Below, piece after piece: positions 21,001 to 29,902 of a stretch of DNA of 64,000 nucleotides (position 1 is its first letter; each line of letters opens with the position of its first letter). Origin of the DNA: Opitutales bacterium (GTDB lineage Bacteria > Verrucomicrobiota > Verrucomicrobiia > Opitutales > UBA2987). The position numbers and the translations under genes are program-made. Location: the NCBI GenBank assembly GCA_965226885.1, contig CBDDEL010000017.1, forward strand, positions 576,001 to 640,000. Direction: 5' to 3'. Below the pieces are notes generated by a model that saw nothing but the letters and a program-made list of their open reading frames with translations, was not told where the DNA came from and did not search any database.

Positions 21001-22101
21001 GAGTCCAATATCTTCGGGAGTTACCTGGGTGAAATCGATAACGGCTTTCTCCGGCAGGCCGGGCGTGATGATACCCTCGATTTGCTTTTTGACGTTCTTG
21101 ATGGCCGCCAGCGGGTTCTCCCCATAACGCACGACGACCACCCCTCCCACCGCCTCGGTGCCTTCCTTGTCCAGAGCGCCGCGCCGTAGGGCCGGCCCCA
21201 GCGAGACATTGGCCACATCCTTGACGTAGATGGGGATATTGTCGTTGACCTTGATCACGCTCAACTCGACATCGCGGACACTCTCGATGAAACCGAGCCC
21301 GCGAATGAAATACTCGACCTTGTTGACTTCGATACTGCGGGCCCCCACATCGATATTGGAATTTTTCACGGCCGCCAGCACCTCCTCCAGTTTCACCCGG
21401 TGGGCCCGCATGGCATCGGGATCGACATCGATCTGATACTCGCGAACAAAGCCGCCGATGGAGCCTACCTCGCTGATGCCCCCCGCCGAGAGCAGGTTGT
21501 AGCGCACATACCAATCCTGAGTCGCGCGTAACTCGTCCAGGTCCCAGCCTCCGGTCGGCTCCCCGTTTTCATCATGCCCCTCCAGGGTGTACCAGAAAAC
21601 TTGCCCCAAAGAGGTCGCGTCCGGCCCCAGGGCAGGCTGGACGCCCTCGGGCAGTGTTCCCGCCTTGAGGCTGTTGAGTTTTTCCAGAACACGGGAGCGG
21701 GACCAGTAGAATTCGATGTCTTCCTCGAAGATGATGTAAATGGAGGAAAATCCGAAAAACGAATAACTGCGGATCGTTTTCACTCCCGGCACCCCGAGCA
21801 GCGAAACGGTCAGTGGGTAGCCGATCTGGTCCTCCACATCCTGGGGCGAACGGCCCATCCACTCGGTGAAGACGATCTGCTGGTTTTCCCCGATATCGGG
21901 AATGGCGTCCACCGGAACGCGGGTAATGCTCCCCAACTCCCAATCGAAAGGCGCCACCATCGCTCCCCATACAGACCCCATCAAGACCAGCAGGGCTACG
22001 ATGAATTTATTGTTCAGGCAGACCTTGATGAGCCAGTCGATGGCGGCAATGCGCCCGTGTCTCCCTCCGGAAGAAGAGGGTTCCTTGCTTTCGTTATTCA
22101 A
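18028..22101 (-). CDS. cusA: CusA/CzcA family heavy-metal RND efflux permease
   Basis: PVDAIPDIGENQQIV, GIAIAIGTMVDMG, LDEGSYLFMP, RIRPALMT. Confidence 0.95.
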   Translation of the reverse strand: MNNESKEPSSSGGRHGRIAAIDWLIKVCLNNKFIVALLVLMGSVWGAMVAPFDWELGSITRVPVDAIPDIGENQQIVFTEWMGRSPQDVEDQIGYPLTVSLLGVPGVKTIRSYSFFGFSSIYIIFEEDIEFYWSRSRVLEKLNSLKAGTLPEGVQPALGPDATSLGQVFWYTLEGHDENGEPTGGWDLDELRATQDWYVRYNLLSAGGISEVGSIGGFVREYQIDVDPDAMRAHRVKLEEVLAAVKNSNIDVGARSIEVNKVEYFIRGLGFIESVRDVELSVIKVNDNIPIYVKDVANVSLGPALRRGALDKEGTEAVGGVVVVRYGENPLAAIKNVKKQIEGIITPGLPEKAVIDFTQVTPEDIGLFAASQGFDAYNGSELNQVGWIEWLKKTSIKDRPGWVKYSKIAIVPFYDRSGLIYETLGTLSNALSDEIMVTVIVVLISVMHFASSMLISAVLPLAVLICFVAMKQFGIDANVVALSGIAIAIGTMVDMGIVVCENILRHLDEWHKEKTTNSALKNRSSLEVIYQASTEVGGAVVTAVATTLVGFLPVFAMVGAEGKLFKPLAFTKSFALLASVLLALTLIPVLAQLFFVPGARPEKAKKYLNGGIVLAGIVVAFLFQWWVGAIIVALGIYHFLKDRIPKVLVKANSQIAIWAVSAVVIVFLTEHWMPLGPQKGMLRNVVFVAVLMGGLLGFFTFFRIIYPNLLRWCLKHKFPVICIPAALILTGGLVWTGFDSFTGWMPERIKNSSIATSLSNRFPGLGKEFMPALDEGSYLFMPTTMPHASIGEAMDVLQKQDMAIRSIPEIDSVVGKLGRVESPLDPAPISMFETIINYKPEYLVDRDGGRVRFKHDDKAIDLFRNESGNPVLAPDGKPYLVEGKYERDASGRLIPDSGGVPFRYWRPPLDAQINPDRKAWAGIKNPGDIWDRIVIVTKIPGTTSAPKLQPIAARIVMLQSGMRAPMGVKVKGPDQETIEKVGLQIERFLKEVPSVKAEAVVADRIVAKPYLEIKIDREAIARYGVPIRRVQDVIEVAIGGKPLTTTVEGRERYPVRVRYLRELRDQIESLDRILVPAPDGAQIPLTQLAEIVYLSGPQVIKSEDTFLVGYVVFDMKEGHAEVNVVEEAQAYLKEKIKSGEFIKPAGVTYDFAGSYLNQQRATKTLMVVVPVALFVIFIILYMQFQSFFTTLLVFSGIFVAWAGGFIMVWLYGQPWFLNFSVFDTDMRELFQIHPINLSVAVWVGFLALFGIAADNGVVMVVFLDQIFSKRKIRGIADIHKATVEAATKRIRPALMTSATTILALIPVLTSTGRGADIMVPMAIPSFGGMFVALITVLMVPVIYCLIEELRFRFNPNK

Positions 22102-24167
22102 TGGTCATGCCCTCCGAGCGGTTTTGATTGACCCGCCAGCGTCTCTACAACGCTGCCACAGGTGGGCATTTTTAAACCGTAAAAAGGATTTCGGGTCGTT
22201 TCGGTCCGCTGAAGCCAGATGGCGCCCTTGCCATCGTCGGCCATCGGACAGCGCAAGACATAGAGGTTTTCACTGCCGCCCAGTCCGAATTGCTTGATCG
22301 TTTCGGGAAGCTGGGCGGAGAATTCGACAAGTCCCTTGCGCAAGCCTTCCAGATCGCCTCCCTCAAACAACTTGCCCGCCTCTATGAATTGCCCCCGGCG
22401 CCTCATCCATTCCATGTGGGCATGCCCTTCGAGGAGTTTCATATCGACTGCCCCGAGAGCTGTCATGGTCTCACTTACGGCCACTCTGGCGGCCTCCAGA
22501 TCGTCGTTGGCCAGCGCCGTGGGAATGTCCAGGTAGGATTCGTAAAACCGGGTGAGCTGTTTTTTGAACCCGGAGGGAATTTTCAAGGGCATGTCCATTT
22601 TCAACGGTTCTTTCTTATTCAGTTGGCTGGACGGTTTTGGGGCGCTTTTCTTTTTGGGGGATTCACCACCCATATCCATTCCCATCATTCCGCCTACGGT
22701 CCCTCCTCCGGTGGGGTTCATCATGCTAGGTTTGGCCAGGATCTGGATGGCGCTGTCGATCTTGAAGTTGCCCTGAACGACCACCATTTCGCCCTCTTCA
22801 AGCCCTTCCTTGACAATATAATAATCGCCAGTGCGTGGCCCGAGAACAATTTCACGCCCCTCGAAGCGCCCTTCCTTGGCTGGTACTCGCACATAAACCA
22901 CGGCCCGTTTGCCGGTTTTCAAGGGGGCCGAAGCCGGAATCACCAGGGGTGCCTCCTCGGCAGCTTCTTCCGGGCTTTTATAACCAAGCGACTCCGTGCT
23001 GACCAATGGCATGCCGCAAATATCGCAATTTCCAGGTTTATCCTTGACGATGCTAGGGTGCATGCGCCCGATCCATTTTCCGGCCAAATTGGCGTCGATA
23101 ACCTTTCCTTTCGCTGTCGTCCTCGATCGCACGATGGCGCGTATGAACATGCCGGGTTTCAGCCGGCGATCCGGGTTAGGCACGTTAACCCGGACTTTCA
23201 CCGTTCGGGTCTTTTCATTTAAAATGGGATCTATAAAAGCGATCGTGCCGTGAAATCTCTCTCCCCGATAGGCCTCTGTCTCGAATTCGACATCCTGACC
23301 GTAGCGTATCCAGGAGAGGTCGGATTCGTAGGCGTCGAGTTTTACCCACACCTTCGACAAATCCGCGATGGTGTAAATCCGGGTGCCAAAATCGACATAC
23401 ATGCCTTCGAGGGCGTTCTTGTGGATGACGATTCCGCTCATGGGCGAATTAATGGTCAGGTGGTCATCCGGTTTTTCATTTTGTTCTATGGCGCTGATCT
23501 GTTTCGGCGACAGGCCCCATAAGCGGAGCTTCTCGCGAGTGGTCTCGACCGTGACGAGCGCCCGGTCCTTGATCAGGGTAATATCGCTGTTCTCGAGATT
23601 TTTTACCGTGACCAGGGCCTGAATCAGCTCCTCCTGGGCAGCCAGCAGTTCCGGACTGTATAAAGAGACCAGGTGGTCGCCTTTTTTTACGGAAACTCCC
23701 GTGAAGTCCACAAAGAGGCGGTCCAAACGGCCCGGCACCCTGGCCGTGATATAGGCCAGGCGGGTCTCGTCAAATTCCACCTTGCCCACCATGCGGATTT
23801 CATTTTCGACAAACTTGCGTTCGACCGCCGCCACTTCCACCGCGGCCAGCTTTTGTGCCGCCGCCGTCATTTTCAACTCCCTCGGCCCCAGTGCCTCCTC
23901 CTCTTTATCCTCATAAACCGGAATGAGGTCCATTCCGCAAATCGGGCATTTGCCCAGTTCCTCAAGGTGGATGTGCGGATGCATGGAACAGGTCCAGAAC
24001 TCGGCCGCGGTCGCCTCCCGGTTGGCTTGGCCGTCGCCTTCATGCGCTGCCGGGGCGGGCTCCTGACCGGACTTCAATAAATAACCAGCCCCAAAGGCCA
24101 GAATGGCGATCCCGGCAATCGGGAGAATTTTCAGGTTTTTCAATACCTGGATGAGTTGTTCTTTCAT
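22098..24167 (-). CDS. cusB: CusB-type membrane fusion protein with heavy-metal-binding domains and a C-terminal DUF3347 domain
   Basis: WTCSMHP...GKCPICGMDL, second GNCDICGMPL, RCPMA...W..NPFYG..MPTCG. Confidence 0.92.
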   Translation of the reverse strand: MKEQLIQVLKNLKILPIAGIAILAFGAGYLLKSGQEPAPAAHEGDGQANREATAAEFWTCSMHPHIHLEELGKCPICGMDLIPVYEDKEEEALGPRELKMTAAAQKLAAVEVAAVERKFVENEIRMVGKVEFDETRLAYITARVPGRLDRLFVDFTGVSVKKGDHLVSLYSPELLAAQEELIQALVTVKNLENSDITLIKDRALVTVETTREKLRLWGLSPKQISAIEQNEKPDDHLTINSPMSGIVIHKNALEGMYVDFGTRIYTIADLSKVWVKLDAYESDLSWIRYGQDVEFETEAYRGERFHGTIAFIDPILNEKTRTVKVRVNVPNPDRRLKPGMFIRAIVRSRTTAKGKVIDANLAGKWIGRMHPSIVKDKPGNCDICGMPLVSTESLGYKSPEEAAEEAPLVIPASAPLKTGKRAVVYVRVPAKEGRFEGREIVLGPRTGDYYIVKEGLEEGEMVVVQGNFKIDSAIQILAKPSMMNPTGGGTVGGMMGMDMGGESPKKKSAPKPSSQLNKKEPLKMDMPLKIPSGFKKQLTRFYESYLDIPTALANDDLEAARVAVSETMTALGAVDMKLLEGHAHMEWMRRRGQFIEAGKLFEGGDLEGLRKGLVEFSAQLPETIKQFGLGGSENLYVLRCPMADDGKGAIWLQRTETTRNPFYGLKMPTCGSVVETLAGQSKPLGGHDH

Positions 24168-24216
24168 AGGTTTTCTTCCTCTGGTAATTAAAATTTTTGG
24201 ATGCCCTTTTGCCCTG

Positions 24217-25554
24217 TCAGCGGGTCATTGCGTGGCCGGTTAGCATTTCGATCTCGGCCAGCCGCTGCTCGCGGTTTGTTAGCGCCCGTTCAAAGGAAAG
24301 TTGAAATTCAAGCAGCAAACGCTGCGCATCGATTAGGTTGAGGAAATCCACCTCCCCGGCCCGGTAAGCCTCCTCCGTTATGTTCAGCGATTGTTCCGCT
24401 TCGGGCGTCAATGTATCCCGAAACAAGTCGATCTTGCGCCTGGCGTCATTGTAGCCGTAGAGCGCCCATTTCAAGTCCGTTTCGAGTAGATTTTCCCGAT
24501 TTTCCCTCGAATTTAAAGCTGCCTGGCGGCGCAACTCCGCCTCTTCCAGTTCGGCCTTGTATTTGCCCCTCCAAATCGGCAGGTTGACGGCGAAGACGGC
24601 CGTAATAGGATCTTTGCCATTGCCGGGAGTCATCGGGTTCAAGACTCCTCCGGTATCGATATAATTGACACCCAGGGTAAAATCGGGATAAAAGTCTTTC
24701 CTGGCCAACTCGATGGCTTTCTCCTCTTTCGCTATGTCATGATCGAGGGACTTCAATTCGGGGCTGAGTTCCCGCAGCCAGGTAAACAACTGTCCTTCAG
24801 ATAAATTCATATCGTAAAAGGGCGCTGTTCTGGGCCAGGGCAGGGGCGCGTCAAAGGGCCGGTTGAGAACGGCATTGAGCCTAGCCGTGATCGGCCCGCG
24901 CAAGTCGTTGAGGGTGCGAGACCGGTCATCGAGTTTGCCCAGTTCCACCTGTGCCTGGATGACGCCGGAGAGGGGCGCGCCGGCTTTGGCTTTGGCCTGG
25001 GCCACGCTTTCCAGATATTTGAGAAGTCTAATGTTGTCATCGGTAATGGCGATCGCCCGGTCGAGATAATAATACTCGTAATAGGTATTCTTGACCTCAA
25101 AAAAGAGCCGCAGTTTCCTTGCTTGATATTGCTGGTAAGCGGCATTGGCCGCTGCCGTCGCCACATCCCCGCGCAGGCGCAATTTGCCGAACCAGGGAAA
25201 TTGCTGCGATAGGCCCAACTTCTGCTCCTGAGGCCCGACCCGCGTTTCCACCTCGCGCACGAATACCGCATAGCTCAACTTTGGGTTGGGCAGCGATTTG
25301 GCCTGGGTCACTCTTTGCAGAGCAGCCTGCCATCGGTTGAAGGCGGCTTCCAGGCCGGGATTCTGCAAAGCCGCGTAGGCCAGATAATCCGACAGAGTCG
25401 ATTTCCCGTGGAGTTCAGGAAGTTTTTTGGATATTTCCGCCTCTTCGCTCCAGACCGGCACACCGTCGAACAGCAGGCCGCATAGGCCCACCATGCAGAC
25501 GATCCAGCGCGCTAAATTTGTATTTATTTTATTGTTCATGATAAAATGTTCCAT
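24217..25554 (-). CDS. TolC/CusC family outer membrane efflux protein
   Basis: ALQNPGLEAA, QFPWFGKL, YRAGEVDFLNLIDAQR; operonic with cusBA. Confidence 0.9.
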   Translation of the reverse strand: MEHFIMNNKINTNLARWIVCMVGLCGLLFDGVPVWSEEAEISKKLPELHGKSTLSDYLAYAALQNPGLEAAFNRWQAALQRVTQAKSLPNPKLSYAVFVREVETRVGPQEQKLGLSQQFPWFGKLRLRGDVATAAANAAYQQYQARKLRLFFEVKNTYYEYYYLDRAIAITDDNIRLLKYLESVAQAKAKAGAPLSGVIQAQVELGKLDDRSRTLNDLRGPITARLNAVLNRPFDAPLPWPRTAPFYDMNLSEGQLFTWLRELSPELKSLDHDIAKEEKAIELARKDFYPDFTLGVNYIDTGGVLNPMTPGNGKDPITAVFAVNLPIWRGKYKAELEEAELRRQAALNSRENRENLLETDLKWALYGYNDARRKIDLFRDTLTPEAEQSLNITEEAYRAGEVDFLNLIDAQRLLLEFQLSFERALTNREQRLAEIEMLTGHAMTR

Positions 25555-25728
25555 TGTTCGGGTTTTTGAAAAGGCCCTTGTTTATGTATCTCAAGCCGTG
25601 CTTTTGGTACGCGTACACGGCAATAATACTGGTCTCACTTAGTGGATGGCGAATGCCAGGCTTTAATCGAAATCTTGGTTATGATTATGATGTTTCAAGC
25701 CGTGCTCCCGGACGATCTCAGGCTTGGA

Positions 25729-26127
25729 TCAAAGCAGATAGGAACAGTGCATCTTTCGATGCAAGGGCATGGTCGGGCCTCGTAGAAACCGCAATCTTTC
25801 GAGGGCTGCAAAGGAGGCGAGGCCCGGCCGTAAGTCATTGCAAGTTAATCGCAAATAGGGCGAAACAAGTGGATCTTGACTCGCTGTTTTTAAAATATCC
25901 CTGGAGTTGGCGGCTTGTTTGAGCAGGGGTTTGCCCTCTCGGTGCGGACAAGATTTTTCGTCTTCCTTCTGCGGAGCGGGAGAATCGCCCTGCGGGCAGC
26001 ATGCGGGCATGCCCATGGCATCGCCGCCGCTCATGGCCGTTGCGTCGTGGGCGCCCATCAGGCAGCAGCAATTGGGATATATCACCATTGCCGCCAGCAG
26101 GGTCGTGATGGGGGAACGAAAGTTCAT
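25729..26127 (-). CDS. Small Cys/Met/His-rich exported or leader protein upstream of the cus operon
   Basis: Hydrophobic N-terminus, NCCC, ACCP, SCPH, C-terminal RGPTMPLHRKMHCSYLL. Confidence 0.7.
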   Translation of the reverse strand: MNFRSPITTLLAAMVIYPNCCCLMGAHDATAMSGGDAMGMPACCPQGDSPAPQKEDEKSCPHREGKPLLKQAANSRDILKTASQDPLVSPYLRLTCNDLRPGLASFAALERLRFLRGPTMPLHRKMHCSYLL

Positions 26128-26203
26128 GAATGTGTAGCTATAAAACAATCTATGAATGTGTAGCTATAAAACAATCTATGAATGTGTAGCTATAAAACAA
26201 TCT
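26126..26203. repeat. 26-bp perfect tandem triplication
   Basis: ATGAATGTGTAGCTATAAAACAATCT x3 with no spacers. Confidence 0.97.
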
Positions 26204-26249
26204 AATATGAGAAAAATCGGAATAATTGCAAACGAAAATCCACTTTTGA

Positions 26250-27197
26250 TTAAACCGGTAGGGGGTCTCCCGGAATATCGACGCCTTTTTTTTCACTCAC
26301 CGATTCCACGGTGGAAAATGAATGTTCCGTCAGTGTGGCGATGAATTTTTTTATGGCCGGGGTCAGCACCCGGCCTTTTCGATAAATGATGGCCAGCGGG
26401 CGGGTGAACTGTTTTCCCCTTATGGGAACCGCCTTGATAAGGCCTTGCTTGACTTCCTGCCGAACCGTAATTTCCGGTAGTATGGAAACCCCTGCTCCGA
26501 TTTCCACAGCCCGTTTCACGGTTTCAATATTATCGAACTCCATGACCGGCTCGATGGACAGCTTGGCTGCGCGGAAAATCTGATCGAGGGCTTTTCGCGT
26601 GGGAATGTCGGGATCGAAACTGATAAACTTGAACTTGGAGAGTTCCTCGAGTTCAATTTCCTTTTTGCCCGCCGCCGGGTGATCCGTGTTGCAAATGAGC
26701 ATCAGATTGTCTTCCAAAAAGGGAATAACCTCCAGTTTCCGCATGTTGCTGGGATAGGCCACCAATCCAAGATCGACCGAATTGTGCAGTATGTCCTCAT
26801 AGACCAAATTGGAACGCCGGTACTCGACGCGGACATTGACGGATGGAAACACCTGCAGAAATTTTTTCAAGTAAGGGGGCAATTCATGCAGGCCGATGCT
26901 GTAAATGGTGGAGATATGGATAGTGCCGCTGATGATTTTTTTCATTTCCAGCAACTCGCTGTGCAGTATTTCATAGCGATGCAGGATATCCCGCCCGCTT
27001 CCGCAAAGCTTTTGGCCTTCGCGGGTCAGTTTAAAATGTTTTTGACTGCGATCGACAATGATCACATTAAAATGCTTTTCCATGGCACGCAATTGCTGGC
27101 TGACGGCTGATTGTGTGATGCCATTCAATTTGGCGGCCCGGGAAAAGCTTTCGCTTTCCACCAGGTCAGAGAATACCTTGAAATTTTCAATATGCAT
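26250..27197 (-). CDS. LysR family transcriptional regulator
   Basis: SFSRAAKLNGITQSAVSQQLRAME HTH; NIETVKRAVEIGAGVSILP. Confidence 0.95.
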   Translation of the reverse strand: MHIENFKVFSDLVESESFSRAAKLNGITQSAVSQQLRAMEKHFNVIIVDRSQKHFKLTREGQKLCGSGRDILHRYEILHSELLEMKKIISGTIHISTIYSIGLHELPPYLKKFLQVFPSVNVRVEYRRSNLVYEDILHNSVDLGLVAYPSNMRKLEVIPFLEDNLMLICNTDHPAAGKKEIELEELSKFKFISFDPDIPTRKALDQIFRAAKLSIEPVMEFDNIETVKRAVEIGAGVSILPEITVRQEVKQGLIKAVPIRGKQFTRPLAIIYRKGRVLTPAIKKFIATLTEHSFSTVESVSEKKGVDIPGDPLPV

Positions 27198-27287
27198 GAG
27201 CGCTGTCTATAAATATACCTTATGCTACAAGCTATATCAGTTTGTCTAATATTCAAAAGAGTCAATTTTATTCGATTCATCCAAAAA

Positions 27288-27977
27288 ATGCTGAGTTACC
27301 AACAATTTGAAAAAAATGCCCATTCGGTCCGGAAAAATATTGACCGGGTTTGCCGCAGTTGCGGGCGACAACCATCCGAGGTTCAATTGCTTGCCGTGAC
27401 TAAGGCCAATCCACCTGAAGCGGTCGATTTCGCCGCCCGTTACGGTCTGGCCGCCATTGGTGAAAACCGGGTCCAGGAAGCGGCTGGCAAAAAACCTTTG
27501 GTGGGGGCAGAAGTTCGCTGGGAGTTAATCGGCCATTTGCAGTCCAACAAAGCCAGGCTGGCCGTCTCTCTTTTCGATCGCATCCAATCGGTGGACCGGG
27601 TTAAATTGCTCAATGCCCTCGAACGGCACGCCGCAGAAATGGATAAAACGCTGCCCGTGCTATTGCAAGTGAACACGGGGGAAGACCCCCGTAAATTTGG
27701 TGCCGCCTCTTCGGGTGCGGCCTGTCTTCTGGAGGCGGCATTACAGTGCCGGCATCTGCGGGTGGAGGGATTGATGACTATTGCTCCGCTGGATGAGGAC
27801 CGCTCCGTGGCCCTATCGGCCTTTACCCGGCTGCGGACGCTACGGGACGAATTGTGCGCGTCTTATGCCATACCATTGCCGGAGCTATCCATGGGCATGA
27901 GCGGCGACCTGGAGGAAGCAATAAAGGCCGGCAGCACATGCTTGAGAATCGGCAGCGCCCTCTACGGCCCGCGATGA
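27288..27977 (+). CDS. yggS: PLP homeostasis protein YggS
   Basis: LLAVTK, GENRVQE, IGHLQSNK, LSMGMSGD, RIGSALYG. Confidence 0.95.
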   Translation: MLSYQQFEKNAHSVRKNIDRVCRSCGRQPSEVQLLAVTKANPPEAVDFAARYGLAAIGENRVQEAAGKKPLVGAEVRWELIGHLQSNKARLAVSLFDRIQSVDRVKLLNALERHAAEMDKTLPVLLQVNTGEDPRKFGAASSGAACLLEAALQCRHLRVEGLMTIAPLDEDRSVALSAFTRLRTLRDELCASYAIPLPELSMGMSGDLEEAIKAGSTCLRIGSALYGPR

Positions 27978-28100
27978 TGGGCGGAAAGGGGCTGACTTAA
28001 AGTTGTCCGCCATAATCGCATTTTGGATATATATCCGTTATTATTGAGATTTATGCTGAATTTTATTGCCTGAAATAGAATTTTCGTTAGAAAGAAAATT

Positions 28101-28970
28101 GTGATCGGGCAAAGGCTTAGCAAAGAAAGAGAAGAAGCGTTGATCTATTTAATGGATGACGATTCTCCCGTGGTCCAGAAAGCCCTTTTGCAGGAATTGG
28201 AACGGCTGGAGGAAGCGGGGGCCGGTTTGTTGAAAAAAGTGCTGCGCAGCGGCAACCGCATTCTGGAAGAACAGGCCCGTATTTTTTTAGAGGAATTACA
28301 GGGGCCCGACACGGTTAAGGAGTTCATTCGATTCATCGAGTCCCTCAACTACGAGCTGGAAACGGGATGCCTTTTGCTCAACCGCACGGTATATCCGGAA
28401 ATCGACAGCGCCGACTGTTGTTTTCTGCTCGACGCCATCGGCGCCCGTTGCCGGGAACTCTTTGTTTTGCCCGGCAGTTCGTTGGAGAAATGCAAGGTAA
28501 TCAATCGGGTAATCTTTCATGAATACGGTTTTCGGCCCAATAAAGAGAATATTGACGATCCGCAAAACAACTACCTCAGCCAGGTGCTGGAAAACCGCAT
28601 CGGCAACTCCATCACTCTATCCATCATTTATATACTCGTCGCTCAAAGGTGTGGCCTGCAATTGGAACCGGTCATACTTTCCGATCATTTCCTGGCCGGA
28701 TGTTTCAATGAAAATGAAACATTTTACATCGATACCTCTGTCAGGGGCGCTTTTCGTTCCCCCCGGGAAGCAAGGAAAATATTTTCTTACACCAACTCCC
28801 GGGGCGGTGAGAATTTTTTGGCTCCTTCACCCGTGGCCGAGGTGCTTTACCACTGTTGCCAGAACCTGTCGCGAATATATTCGATTTCAGGGAATCAGAT
28901 TCGAGCCCGGTTGTTCGCCGGCTTTGTCCAGGAATTTGAGGCTAACTACCGGCGCCACGCAAATTCTTAA
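28101..28970 (+). CDS. SirB1/transglutaminase-like domain protein
   Basis: DPQNNYLSQVLENRIGNSITLSIIYILVAQRCG, HFL. Confidence 0.8.
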   Translation: MIGQRLSKEREEALIYLMDDDSPVVQKALLQELERLEEAGAGLLKKVLRSGNRILEEQARIFLEELQGPDTVKEFIRFIESLNYELETGCLLLNRTVYPEIDSADCCFLLDAIGARCRELFVLPGSSLEKCKVINRVIFHEYGFRPNKENIDDPQNNYLSQVLENRIGNSITLSIIYILVAQRCGLQLEPVILSDHFLAGCFNENETFYIDTSVRGAFRSPREARKIFSYTNSRGGENFLAPSPVAEVLYHCCQNLSRIYSISGNQIRARLFAGFVQEFEANYRRHANS

Positions 28971-28978
28971 AGCAGACC

Positions 28979-29902
28979 ATGCCCGCACCTGCCGGAACCG
29001 GCCTGCCTTCCATCCATACCCTTGTCGATCTGGATAATTGGCCGGCGCAGAAAGTGTCCTTGGCCGTCATCGGCCACCCCATCGGCCATTCCATCAGCCC
29101 GCCCATGCATAATGCCGCCCTCAAGGCGATGGCTGCGGATGATGCCAGGTTTAAAGAGTGGGAATATTTTCGATTCGATATACTGCCCGAAAATCTTGAA
29201 ACCGCCCTCAACCTCATGCACTCCCGTGGATTTCAAGGGCTGAATCTCACTATTCCGCACAAAGTGGAAGCGGTTGAACTGGTTGCAGACATCGACCCGG
29301 TGGCCCGGCAAATGGGCGCTGTCAATACCCTCTTGCGGCAGGATCGGGGCTATAAAGGATACAATACCGATGGGTTTGGTCTGGAACAGGCTCTTCTGCG
29401 CGAATTGGGGGCAACAATCTCCGGACAAACCATAATAATCCTGGGGGCTGGGGGCGCGGCCCGGGCGGCCGCCGTCCACTGCTTGCGGAATGGTTGCCTC
29501 GAACTCTGGATTGGGAACCGCAGTTGGAAAAATCTGCAAGACCTGCTCGCCATTTTAAGCCAGACCAAAACAGAGGCTGTAGTAAAAGGGTTCGATCTGT
29601 CGGATCCGCCCACCGATTTGCCGGAAACCGGCATTCTCATCAACGCAACTTCTCTGGGCTTGAAAAAAGGGGATCCTCCGCCCATTTCGCTGCCTAAATT
29701 TTCCCAAAGACTCAAAGTCCTGGATATGGTTTACAATCCACCCGAAACCCAATTGCTGCGGGATGCCGGGAAAAGAGGCATGGCCGCGGCCAATGGCCTT
29801 TCCATGCTTGTTTGGCAAGGCGCCCGTTCCCTGGAAATATGGACGGGACGCAAAATCCCCGCAGAGGAGATGTCCACAGCGGTATCGAGGGCGCTGGTTT
29901 GA
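28979..29902 (+). CDS. aroE: Shikimate dehydrogenase
   Basis: GHPIGHSISP, NLTIPHK, AVNT, NTDG, GAGGAARA, GLSMLVWQG. Confidence 0.95.
   Translation: MPAPAGTGLPSIHTLVDLDNWPAQKVSLAVIGHPIGHSISPPMHNAALKAMAADDARFKEWEYFRFDILPENLETALNLMHSRGFQGLNLTIPHKVEAVELVADIDPVARQMGAVNTLLRQDRGYKGYNTDGFGLEQALLRELGATISGQTIIILGAGGAARAAAVHCLRNGCLELWIGNRSWKNLQDLLAILSQTKTEAVVKGFDLSDPPTDLPETGILINATSLGLKKGDPPPISLPKFSQRLKVLDMVYNPPETQLLRDAGKRGMAAANGLSMLVWQGARSLEIWTGRKIPAEEMSTAVSRALV

Noticed and set aside
19150..23222. Long plus-strand ORFs (316 aa and 310 aa) within cusA/cusB
   Set aside because: Antisense shadows of GC-rich coding sequence
26126..26203. CRISPR array
   Set aside because: The repeats are directly adjacent with no spacers, and there are no cas genes
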